From contig JAZOAE010000029.1 of the NCBI GenBank assembly GCA_045595305.1, positions 35,002 to 99,001 on the forward strand: DNA of 64,000 nucleotides, in the 5' to 3' direction. The notes beneath the pieces are model-generated. The model made no database searches. It was not told where the DNA came from and was given only the letters and a program-made list of their open reading frames with translations. The translations under genes and the position numbers were made by a program. This document shows, piece after piece, positions 56,275 to 64,000 of the stretch. Each line of letters starts with the position of its first letter. The first letter of the stretch is position 1. This DNA comes from Elusimicrobiaceae bacterium. Its GTDB lineage: Bacteria > Elusimicrobiota > Elusimicrobia > Elusimicrobiales > Elusimicrobiaceae.

Positions 56275-56304
56275 GTACGTTAAATATGTACGTTAATATT
56301 AACG
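56275..56304. promoter_or_regulatory. Candidate operator in the leader
   Basis: GTACGTTAA twice (56275, 56288) overlapping a perfect palindrome CGTTAATATTAACG (56291-56304). Confidence 0.4.
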
Positions 56305-56332
56305 ACTATTCCTTTAAAGGAGGAGTTTGAAA

Positions 56333-56557
56333 ATGGCTGAAAAAGTAATGAAAGTAGGCATGGACCGCGAAGACGGTTTCTTGTACTACATCGACAAAGA
56401 CGGTGATATTGCTCGCGTGCAAATGGCCCGCGGTGGCAAAAAAGGTGGCAAACCGAAAAAAGTAGAAAAAACGGGTATTAAAAAAGAAAAAGGATATCTC
56501 TATTTCTTAGATAAGAAAGGTGATATCTCCCGCGCCAAAATGGTAAACGCCAAATAA
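56333..56557 (+). CDS. Small Lys-rich protein made of two internal repeats (candidate nucleic-acid-binding protein)
   Basis: 74 aa with 16 Lys and 4 Arg. Repeats KV.K.G...E.G.LY..DK.GDI.R..M. AAAGGAGG RBS, own promoter and terminator. Confidence 0.85.
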   Translation: MAEKVMKVGMDREDGFLYYIDKDGDIARVQMARGGKKGGKPKKVEKTGIKKEKGYLYFLDKKGDISRAKMVNAK

Positions 56558-56573
56558 GTTTACTAATTAAAAT

Positions 56574-56602
56574 AACCCCTCGTAGAAATACGAGGGGTTT
56601 TT
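56574..56602 (+). terminator. Intrinsic terminator
   Basis: aacccctcgta-gaaa-tacgaggggtt followed by ttt. Confidence 0.9.
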
Positions 56603-56634
56603 GATTGTTTGTATAACCTTTTAATTCTGTCCAT

Positions 56635-56663
56635 TTGAATTTTTAGTGTTTGTTCACTATACT
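56635..56663 (+). promoter_or_regulatory. Near-consensus sigma70 promoter in an apparently empty intergenic region
   Basis: TTGAAT (56635-56640), 17-bp spacer, TATACT (56658-56663). Confidence 0.5.
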
Positions 56664-56920
56664 AGTTAGGGGGCCTTGTTTTATGAAAAAATATTCTTTT
56701 CATGAATATGACGGAGATATTATGTGCCATAGTCAACTATATTTCTTCTCTATGGCCTTTGTCTCTCTTAAATAAATACACAGACCATACGCCCGATTAT
56801 TTGCTAGGCATCCCCTTTAAAAAAACTAGCCTTAAAGATATTTTCGGTCCTTTTTTCCGCTAGATTTGATCTTAATATCCTGGGTTTCAAATTCGCTTTT
56901 CCTTTGATATTTTTTTACCC

Positions 56921-56954
56921 CCTTGAAATTTTTGCGTTTGTGCTTATACTATAA
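56921..56954 (+). promoter_or_regulatory. Sigma70-like promoter upstream of the structured element and hpf
   Basis: CCTTGAAATTTTTGC-N9-TATACTATAA (TTGAAA-16-TATACT). Confidence 0.55.
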
Positions 56955-56956
56955 GT

Positions 56957-57051
56957 ATCTGTAGGGTAGGAGGGATGACCAAAGAATGCTAATCATATAT
57001 ACCGCCCCGTGTTAATGCCGGCTAGCAGGCAAAGGCAGGGGGCGGTATTTT
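56957..57051 (+). ncRNA. Candidate small RNA or attenuator upstream of hpf
   Basis: Follows a promoter and ends in a 10-bp stem ATACCGCCCC/GGGGCGGTAT followed by TTT. No Rfam family recognised with confidence. Confidence 0.3.
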
Positions 57052-57165
57052 GCGTCGGAAGTTCGTACGCGCAAGCGCGCGTATATACAAATAGTTGACA
57101 GCCGCCCCCGGATAATGATTTAATACTAGTGCGGGGTTTTCTCGTAAATATTCTTGGAGGACATT

Positions 57166-57714
57166 ATGGACATTAAAATTACGGCCAAAAATATTAAACT
57201 CACACCGGCCATTAGAGAATTTATCAATACGCGCGTAAGCAAAGTAGAAAACTTCTTTGACAATATCGTTTCTGCCCAAGTGCTTATTTCCGTAGAGAAA
57301 AAAATCAACCAACGCGCGGAAATCATCTTGCACACCGGCGCCAAAACGACCATTAACGCCAGCGCCGTAGAAAGCAATTTGTACAAAGCCATTGACGCAG
57401 CTGCCGTCAAAGCTGAAGCGCAAGCCAAAAAGATTAAAAACAAAGCCAAAGCACGCAAAATCTCTAAAAAATCAGTAAAAAATTTAGAGATGGAACCCTT
57501 TGCCGAGGTAATGTTGCCACAAAATGACGTTAAATTCTCTGTCATTAAACAAGTAGAAGTGAACCCCATGAACCCGGAAGATGCCGCCTACGAAATGGAA
57601 CGTTTAGGTTATTCTTTCTGGATGTTCTTGGATGAAGGCTCTAAGCAAATTAACCTTATCTTCAAACGTTTGGACGGAACTTACGGTTTAATTAAACCCA
57701 TTAAGAAAAAATAA
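57166..57714 (+). CDS. hpf: Long ribosome hibernation promoting factor (RaiA/HPF)
   Basis: MDIKITAKNIKLT, LYKAID, C-terminal PMNPEDAA.EM..LG..F..F...DGTYGLI. GGAGG RBS. Confidence 0.95.
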   Translation: MDIKITAKNIKLTPAIREFINTRVSKVENFFDNIVSAQVLISVEKKINQRAEIILHTGAKTTINASAVESNLYKAIDAAAVKAEAQAKKIKNKAKARKISKKSVKNLEMEPFAEVMLPQNDVKFSVIKQVEVNPMNPEDAAYEMERLGYSFWMFLDEGSKQINLIFKRLDGTYGLIKPIKKK

Positions 57715-57731
57715 TCCGCACGGAGTGACCC

Positions 57732-58682
57732 TTGGAATTTACCAAGTCTATTACCGTTAAAGAACTGCTCCAAGTGAAATCCCTTCACTTGGAGCTAGTT
57801 TGCGGAAAACGCTACATTCACCGCGAAATTACCGAGCCACGCGTCAACCGCCCGGGTTTGGCATTAGCGGGACAGTTGGAAAATTTCCGCGCCAGCTCCG
57901 TACAAGTTTTCGGCCGTAGCGAATATGCCTTTTGTCAAAAAGAAAACAAAACCCGCCTGCGTGCCAATATTACCAAAATGTTAAGCGAAGGAGACGTGCC
58001 GTGCCTTATCATGACGGCCGGGCTCGACCCACACCAGGCAATTCGCAAAGGTAGTTTAAGTGCCGATGTAGCTGTACTAAAAACCGAGATGGATTCGTCA
58101 GCGTTCTTGGCGGCTTTTTCCCGATTTTTAGATGAAAAACTTTCCCCCGTTACCCATGTACATGGCGTATTAGTAGACGTAAGCGGCGCCGGGGTGCTTA
58201 TTCGCGGAGATGCTGGCATCGGTAAAAGCGAATGCGCCCTAGAGCTTATCAAACGCGGACACATTTTAGTAGCCGATGACGTTATTGAAGTCCAAAAACG
58301 CGGGCGCTACTTAATGGGAAGTTGCCCTGCTATGTTAAAACACTATATGGAAGTGCGCGGGCTGGGGGTATTGGATGTGCCACTTCTCTTTGGGGTAGGG
58401 GCTACGCTGGATGAAACAAAAATTGATATGGAAGTAGTGCTGACTTCGCCCAATAAGTCTCCACTAGACCGCTTAGGCGTAGAACAAAAAATGACCGATT
58501 TATTAGGCGTAGAGATCCCCTCCTTGTTGTTGCCGGTAACACCTGGGCGCAACTTGGCGGTACTCATCGAAGTAGCCGCGCTTAACCAACAATTAAAAAG
58601 CCAGGGAATTTTTTCAGCTAAAGAATTTAGCCAAAAAATCTTAGATAAGATGAAACAAGGCAAAAAAAATGAAAAAAACTAA
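57732..58682 (+). CDS. hprK: HPr(Ser) kinase/phosphorylase
   Basis: [59 protein letters not shown]. Confidence 0.97.
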   Translation: MEFTKSITVKELLQVKSLHLELVCGKRYIHREITEPRVNRPGLALAGQLENFRASSVQVFGRSEYAFCQKENKTRLRANITKMLSEGDVPCLIMTAGLDPHQAIRKGSLSADVAVLKTEMDSSAFLAAFSRFLDEKLSPVTHVHGVLVDVSGAGVLIRGDAGIGKSECALELIKRGHILVADDVIEVQKRGRYLMGSCPAMLKHYMEVRGLGVLDVPLLFGVGATLDETKIDMEVVLTSPNKSPLDRLGVEQKMTDLLGVEIPSLLLPVTPGRNLAVLIEVAALNQQLKSQGIFSAKEFSQKILDKMKQGKKNEKN

Positions 58683-59529
58683 AAAACGGCGTATCTTCAT
58701 TATTACCGGATTAAGCGGCGCTGGAAAATCCCAGGCGCTCAAGATTTTTGGCGACTTCGGTTTCTATTGCGTAGACAATCTACCTTTGGCTTTGTTTGAA
58801 AATTTTATTGGCTATGTAACACATAGCACTGAATATGAAAATATTGCCCTGGGCATTGATATGCGCGCCGGAGACCGCTTAAAAGATTTGCCTAATTTAA
58901 TCAAAACTATTAAAAAACAGGACTTTGCCGTTAAAGTAATTTTCTTGGATGCGTCCGACGAATGTTTGATCCGTCGCTTCTCCGAAACCAAACATCGTCA
59001 TCCTATTCACAAAAAATTGGCCGCCGCTATCGCACATGAGCGCGAAGCCTTGCGCGGCATTCACACAAAAGCTGATAAGGTTATCGATACCAGTGATTTA
59101 AAACTCGGCGAACTGAAAGAAAAATTATCTTTTTTGCTTAATTCTAAACGCACAGACGATATGCAGATTTCCGTCGTTTCGTTCGGGTTTAAAAATGGCA
59201 TTTTAAAAGATTGCGACATCGTCATGGATGTACGTTTCTTGCCCAATCCTTACTATGTGCCGGCGCTCAAAAACAAGACAGGGCTTGATAAACCCGTACA
59301 AGATTATATTTCTTCATTTAAAGAAACGGAAGAATTCGCTACCAAATTTACCAGTTTAGTAAAATACTTAATTCCTAAATACATCAAAGAAGGAAAAAGT
59401 TATTTAACCATTGCCATGGGCTGCACGGGCGGGAAACACCGCAGCGTATTTATGGCACACGAACTGGCTAAGCGTTTAAATGAAGCGGGGCTTACCGCCT
59501 CAGAATTTCATAGGGATATAGGACTCTGA
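58669..59529 (+). CDS. rapZ: RNase adapter RapZ (YvcJ/YhbJ P-loop protein)
   Basis: [35 protein letters not shown]. Confidence 0.96.
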   Translation: MKKTKKRRIFIITGLSGAGKSQALKIFGDFGFYCVDNLPLALFENFIGYVTHSTEYENIALGIDMRAGDRLKDLPNLIKTIKKQDFAVKVIFLDASDECLIRRFSETKHRHPIHKKLAAAIAHEREALRGIHTKADKVIDTSDLKLGELKEKLSFLLNSKRTDDMQISVVSFGFKNGILKDCDIVMDVRFLPNPYYVPALKNKTGLDKPVQDYISSFKETEEFATKFTSLVKYLIPKYIKEGKSYLTIAMGCTGGKHRSVFMAHELAKRLNEAGLTASEFHRDIGL

Positions 59530-59531
59530 TT

Positions 59532-59936
59532 ATGATAAGAATTATACTCGTTACACATGGTCAATTGGCCAAAGAAATGTTGGAAACCGCCGGGATGATT
59601 ATCGGCAAACCGGCCGAAGGTTTTGATACGTTCGCTGTCACGACGGCAGCTTCGGTAGAAAAAGAAGCCGCTAAACTTAAAAAAGTATTAGAAACATGTG
59701 AGGATGGGGCCATCATTTTGACAGATATTTTTGGTGGAAGCGCCACTAATATTTCTCTTACTGCTAGTAAAGATTTGCCCTATTGCCATGTGATTACGGG
59801 CTTAAATTTGAGCATGTTGTTAACTGCTATCAATAGCCGCAAAAAATTAAATGTTAAAGAATTGGCCGAAAAGATTGAAGCGGACGGAAAACGTGCCGTC
59901 ATCAACGCAACGGAACTTTTAATTAAGGGGTTGTAA
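59532..59936 (+). CDS. PTS mannose-family EIIA
   Basis: IILVTHG (phospho-His), LTDIFGGS, ITGLNL.M. Confidence 0.92.
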   Translation: MIRIILVTHGQLAKEMLETAGMIIGKPAEGFDTFAVTTAASVEKEAAKLKKVLETCEDGAIILTDIFGGSATNISLTASKDLPYCHVITGLNLSMLLTAINSRKKLNVKELAEKIEADGKRAVINATELLIKGL

Positions 59937-60403
59937 TGCCTATTATTTTCGCTCGGGTAGATGACCGACTCATCCACGGACAAGTGGTACAAGCCTGGCT
60001 GCCCGAATTAGATGTGGATGAAATAGTAATACCCTGCGCCAAGCACAGAGAGAACACGCTTAACCAGGCGTTGCTTCGTCTCAGTTTGCCTTATGAATAT
60101 ACTCTTACCATTTTAGATTCACACGCCGCAGCCAAATATGCCCGAAATTCTAAAAAACGTATTTTCTTATTGATGAGCACGTTGCAGGAAATGGCAGATC
60201 TTATCGAGGATGGATTACAAATAAAATCCATCAATATCGGAGGAATGCATTTTAAAGAAAATGCGCAAAAATTAGCCGAAAATGTGTTTTTAGATGAACA
60301 AGATAAACGTTTATTAAGAATTATCAATGCGCTGGGGATCCGCATTGAAACACGCTCGGTTCCTAATGCCACCTCCATTACCATAACGGAGGCCCTTCAA
60401 TGA
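59936..60403 (+). CDS. PTS mannose-family EIIB
   Basis: ARVDDRLIHGQV...W, INIGGMH. Confidence 0.93.
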   Translation: MPIIFARVDDRLIHGQVVQAWLPELDVDEIVIPCAKHRENTLNQALLRLSLPYEYTLTILDSHAAAKYARNSKKRIFLLMSTLQEMADLIEDGLQIKSINIGGMHFKENAQKLAENVFLDEQDKRLLRIINALGIRIETRSVPNATSITITEALQ

Positions 60404-61002
60404 CGCAAGTGTTACTTATTTGCATTGTGGGAGCCTTATTAGAGCTGGATACTACCTACACGTTCCAGCTAACTCTTTCGCGCGGAATTATTGCCGGCCC
60501 ATTACTCTCTCTGATCACCGGTGATTTAATGGCTGGACTGCAAATGGGTATTTTTACCGAACTCATTTTTATTGATATTAGCCCTTTAGGGGGACTTCTC
60601 CCACCGAGTGCCGCCGTATGTTGCACACTTTCCATGGCTCTATGTAGTTTAGGAATTCCTGTCTATTTTGCTTTCTTTTTTGGAGTAATTGGTGCCGTGT
60701 TGTTCTCGGTATGTGAAGTACTTATACGTAAGCATCGTTCCGTCTGGCTCATTCGGCAAGAACATCTCATTTTGCAAAAGCCTCCCTACATTTCCGGGGT
60801 GGTAATTAAAGCGTTAGCTCTTTCGTTTGCCATGACATTGTCTTTCCTATTATTTTACAGTGCTGTTATCGGGGGATCTGTCGTTAGATTGTTGCCTTTT
60901 GTACCCGAAAAATTACACTTAGCCAGCAAATTTGCTTTTATGGCTGTCCCTTGGATCGGATTGGCCACACTGGTTTCTACGTTTCGGCTTAAAACGAGGT
61001 AA
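60400..61002 (+). CDS. PTS mannose-family EIIC (short, 200 aa)
   Basis: Hydrophobic, with LSRGIIAGPLL.LI.GD...GL..G...EL and GG..PP motifs; lies between EIIB and EIID. Confidence 0.8.
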   Translation: MTQVLLICIVGALLELDTTYTFQLTLSRGIIAGPLLSLITGDLMAGLQMGIFTELIFIDISPLGGLLPPSAAVCCTLSMALCSLGIPVYFAFFFGVIGAVLFSVCEVLIRKHRSVWLIRQEHLILQKPPYISGVVIKALALSFAMTLSFLLFYSAVIGGSVVRLLPFVPEKLHLASKFAFMAVPWIGLATLVSTFRLKTR

Positions 61003-61004
61003 TT

Positions 61005-61829
61005 ATGACACGTTGGATGCAATTTCAATTGTTTTGGCGTTCTTTTTTCCTGCAGGCAGGTTGGAATTTTGCCAAATACCAGAACGTTGGATTGACTTTT
61101 GTTATGACGCCTTTTTTGAGAAACCTATACAAACAGAATAAACGGGATCTCCCCTCTGTATTGGAGCGATATTTGGAAGGATTTAACACACAACCCATGA
61201 TGGCCTCTTTCTGTTTTGGTGCACTTGCCAGGCAAGAAGAACGTATGGCAAACGCTAAAACATTAGCCGAATACCGCGAACGCTTAAGCGAATGGAACAG
61301 CCTAAAACGAAGTTTGTCTATTACAACTGCTTCTTTAGGGGATCGGCTTTTTTGGGGCACTTTAAAACCTTTTACTTTGCTATTGGCACTCTTTATTTGG
61401 TTAGCGCTTGATGTCAATTTTTTTGAAGCGGTTCCACAGCAAGCATTATCTTGGATAGATGTGTTTGGAGCCTGCGTTGTAGCTTTTTTTGCATTTAATT
61501 CCGTAGCTTTGTTCGTAAAATGGAAGGGGATTTCTCTAAGCTATGATGCCCCCAACAACGGTTGTTTTGGGTTGACTCAGTTTGATTGGAACAAAACAAT
61601 TTATAACACCAAACTCTTTGGCCTGTTGTTGGCATTGGGACTTTTGCTGGGCGGTTTATATTATTTTTTACATGATTTAGAAATGTTTTTAGGGATTCAA
61701 TTCATTACTCGCGCTGTTATAGTTCTTTTCTTTATCAGCATTAGTTTAATGACGCGAGATTTGCGCATTCCAAACATGTACTTGTACATTGCGGCAATGC
61801 TAGTATTTAACATTGTGTATTTATTTTAG
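61005..61829 (+). CDS. PTS mannose-family EIID
   Basis: RSFFLQAGWNF.KYQNVG, FNTQP, LGDRLFWGTL. Confidence 0.9.
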   Translation: MTRWMQFQLFWRSFFLQAGWNFAKYQNVGLTFVMTPFLRNLYKQNKRDLPSVLERYLEGFNTQPMMASFCFGALARQEERMANAKTLAEYRERLSEWNSLKRSLSITTASLGDRLFWGTLKPFTLLLALFIWLALDVNFFEAVPQQALSWIDVFGACVVAFFAFNSVALFVKWKGISLSYDAPNNGCFGLTQFDWNKTIYNTKLFGLLLALGLLLGGLYYFLHDLEMFLGIQFITRAVIVLFFISISLMTRDLRIPNMYLYIAAMLVFNIVYLF

Positions 61830-61832
61830 CTT

Positions 61833-62102
61833 ATGGTACAAAAAGAATTAACTATTCTAAATCGCTTAGGATTACATGCCCGGCCAGCCGCACGGATCGT
61901 GCAGACCGCTGCCAAATTTGAAAGTAACATTGAACTCACAAAGGATAATGTTACCATCAATGCTAAAAGCATTATGGGAGTCATGATGTTGGCCGCTGAG
62001 TTTGGAGCTAATGTGTGTGTAACCGCCAAAGGATCCGATGAAATACAGGCTTTGGCTGCATTAGAAAAGTTGTTTAACGATAAATTTAACGAGGAATTTT
62101 AG
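61833..62102 (+). CDS. ptsH: Phosphocarrier protein HPr
   Basis: LGLHARPAA (His15) and NAKSIMGVM (Ser46). Confidence 0.97.
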   Translation: MVQKELTILNRLGLHARPAARIVQTAAKFESNIELTKDNVTINAKSIMGVMMLAAEFGANVCVTAKGSDEIQALAALEKLFNDKFNEEF

Positions 62103-62109
62103 AGAAATC

Positions 62110-63849
62110 ATGCTAGTACTTAAAGGGATTCCCGCCAGTCCTGGGGTGGCTATCGGTCGAGCAATAGTGGTTCCCGGGGAAAGTTTAGCAACCACCAAAC
62201 ATTATATCGCCCTTGAAGCGGTAAGTGGAGAATTGCACAAATTTCAACAAGCCTTGCAAAAAACAATGCTCGAACTGGATGAGTGCTCCCAAAAAGTACG
62301 CGCCACCTTGGGGACAGAATATGCAGGGCTAATGGATACGCACAAGCTTATTTTACAAGATCCCGCCCTCAAAGATGCCGTCATTCATAAAATTTCCGCG
62401 GATTATTTGACGGCCCGTTCCGCTATTTCTATTACACTATCTGAACTGGCTGCCAATTTTGATAAAATTGAAGACCCTTTCTTTAAAGAACGCCGCAATG
62501 ATATTTTTGACGCTGGCAAGCGTCTATTAGCCAATTTGGAAGGAAATAAAAAAGATTTTTTGGCTTCCATTAAGCGCCCCTCTTTGTTAGTAGCGCACGA
62601 TCTGTTCCCTTCGGATACAATTAATTTACCGGAAAACCAAATTTTGGGCTTTTGCACCGATGTTGGCGGAAAAACCAGCCATACAGCTTTATTGGCACAA
62701 AGTTTAAATATTCCCGCCGTTGTAGGATTATCCACCGCTTCAAAAGATGTAGCAAACGGAGACCGGCTTATTATCGATGGAGAGAATGGCTTATTGGTCA
62801 TCAATCCGGACCGTTATACACTGGCGAATTACCGGCAAATTAAACGAGAAATTAAAAGAACAGAATCTTTACTTAAAACAATTAATCACTTGCCCGTAAT
62901 TACGCAAGATGGGCACCGGATACATCTCTATGTCAATTATGACCCGCGCACCGATAACAAGTACAATAAGACCCTCATCACAGATGGATTGGGACTGCTG
63001 CGCACTGAATTTTTGTTTATGAACACTCCTGTTCCTCCTACAGAGGAAGCCCAATACAAGATTTATTTATCTGTGGCTAAACGTTTTGACATGCGTCCGG
63101 TTACGGTTCGTCTGGCTGATTTGGGAGCGGACAAAATGCCGGATTTCCCGCTGGACGAATTGGATGATGATGACAACCCGTTTATGGGATGCCGCGGTAT
63201 ACGGTTACTCCTAAAAAATCCTGAATTGTTGCATACGCAGTTGCGCGCTATTGTGCGCACGGCTTGTGAAGTTCCCGCACAAATTAAAATTATGATTCCC
63301 ATGGTATCTTCTGTGGAAGAGGTACGTCATGTTCGCGCTGCCTTTGATTCCGTTTTACAAGAATTTTCTAAGCAAGACAAAAAACCTCTTAATAAAATTT
63401 CACTGGGTGCCATGATCGAGGTACCCGCCGCTGCTATTGCATTGGACGGTATGATTAATGAGTTGGACTTTGTTTCTATTGGCACAAATGACTTAATTCA
63501 ATACCTGGTTGCTGTAGACCGCGTAAATCCGGAAGTGGCCCATATGTACGATCCTTGCCATCCTGCCGTTGGGCGTACCATCCACAACGTTATTCAAACA
63601 GCACACAAACGCAATAAAAGCGTATCTATCTGCGGAGAAATTGCCTCCGACAGCAAGATGTTGCCCCTTTTACTGGGTTGGCAAGTAGACAGTCTGTCAG
63701 TGACTCCGCGCATGTATTTACGTGTTAAAAACAACATACGCAATTTAAATTTTGAACATTGTTCAGACCTAGCTCAAGCCGCCCTGTTAATGGGAAGCTC
63801 CGCTGAGATAAGAAATTTAGTAGAAGAAAATCAATATGAAAATTCGTAA
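62110..63849 (+). CDS. ptsI: PTS Enzyme I
   Basis: [11 protein letters not shown] (phospho-His), [41 protein letters not shown]. Confidence 0.97.
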   Translation: MLVLKGIPASPGVAIGRAIVVPGESLATTKHYIALEAVSGELHKFQQALQKTMLELDECSQKVRATLGTEYAGLMDTHKLILQDPALKDAVIHKISADYLTARSAISITLSELAANFDKIEDPFFKERRNDIFDAGKRLLANLEGNKKDFLASIKRPSLLVAHDLFPSDTINLPENQILGFCTDVGGKTSHTALLAQSLNIPAVVGLSTASKDVANGDRLIIDGENGLLVINPDRYTLANYRQIKREIKRTESLLKTINHLPVITQDGHRIHLYVNYDPRTDNKYNKTLITDGLGLLRTEFLFMNTPVPPTEEAQYKIYLSVAKRFDMRPVTVRLADLGADKMPDFPLDELDDDDNPFMGCRGIRLLLKNPELLHTQLRAIVRTACEVPAQIKIMIPMVSSVEEVRHVRAAFDSVLQEFSKQDKKPLNKISLGAMIEVPAAAIALDGMINELDFVSIGTNDLIQYLVAVDRVNPEVAHMYDPCHPAVGRTIHNVIQTAHKRNKSVSICGEIASDSKMLPLLLGWQVDSLSVTPRMYLRVKNNIRNLNFEHCSDLAQAALLMGSSAEIRNLVEENQYENS

Positions 63850-64000
63850 TTTTTCTATCGTAGCCCATATTGACCACGGCAAAACGACCCTTTCAGATCG
63901 CATTTTAGAAGATACCGGTACCGTGCCTAAACGCAAGATGCAAGCTCAACTCTTAGATGGGATGGATCTGGAGCGTGAACGCGGTATTACCATTAAAGCC
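63836..64000 (+). CDS. lepA: Elongation factor 4 (LepA), 5' end, truncated by the window edge
   Basis: Manual translation from ATG 63836: [25 protein letters not shown]...[17 protein letters not shown]. Not in the ORF track. Confidence 0.92.
   Translation, partial: MKIRNFSIVAHIDHGKTTLSDRILEDTGTVPKRKMQAQLLDGMDLERERGITIKA

Noticed and set aside
56957-57125. Firm call of SAM-I riboswitch, raiA-motif RNA or 6S RNA
   Set aside because: Only short fragments resemble these families. The SAM-I core (GCAACC...GUGC) and the rest of the raiA motif are absent, and there is no long 6S-type rod.
57022-57569. Minus-strand ORFs 57022..57423 and 57126..57569
   Set aside because: Antisense shadows of hpf, which has clear family motifs and an RBS.

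Overview
This is a chromosomal window from a bacterium, most likely a gut-type Elusimicrobiota (Elusimicrobium/Avelusimicrobium-like). That assignment is inferred from the GFTLIE..VVVLIIG.L..IA.PQYQKAV.KSR pilin-like family and frequent TGCTA(T/C/A)AAT extended -10 promoters. Most of the window is housekeeping: lysS, lolE/lolD, nadE, deoB, purB-purA, an RND efflux trio, nfo, threonine aldolase, rmuC, nudF, dnaE, alaS, smc, an hpf-hprK-rapZ-mannose PTS-ptsH-ptsI cluster and the 5' end of lepA. It also carries tRNA-Val(GAC) and tRNA-Ala(GGC). No integrase, transposase, cas gene or rRNA was recognised. Most notable accessory features: (1) a complete Chlamydia-type aaxABC arginine/agmatine operon; (2) a 553-aa type IV pilin fused to about eight 35-aa Cys/YD-like repeats; (3) tRNA-3'-end-derived elements downstream of both tRNAs, a 101-bp tandem array after tRNA-Ala and a T-loop-expanded structured copy after tRNA-Val; (4) a 2,404-bp unit (LtaS-like gene plus a glycine-riboswitch-like leader) bounded by 112-bp direct repeats that look like a divergent-promoter module; (5) a secreted protein with a degenerate ADP-ribosyltransferase-like domain; (6) a small two-repeat, Lys-rich protein divergent from smc; (7) a structured non-coding element upstream of hpf; (8) two broken genes, a copA with a microhomology-bounded internal deletion and a pilin with one in-frame TAA. 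All family assignments come from motif recognition by eye; no database search was run.
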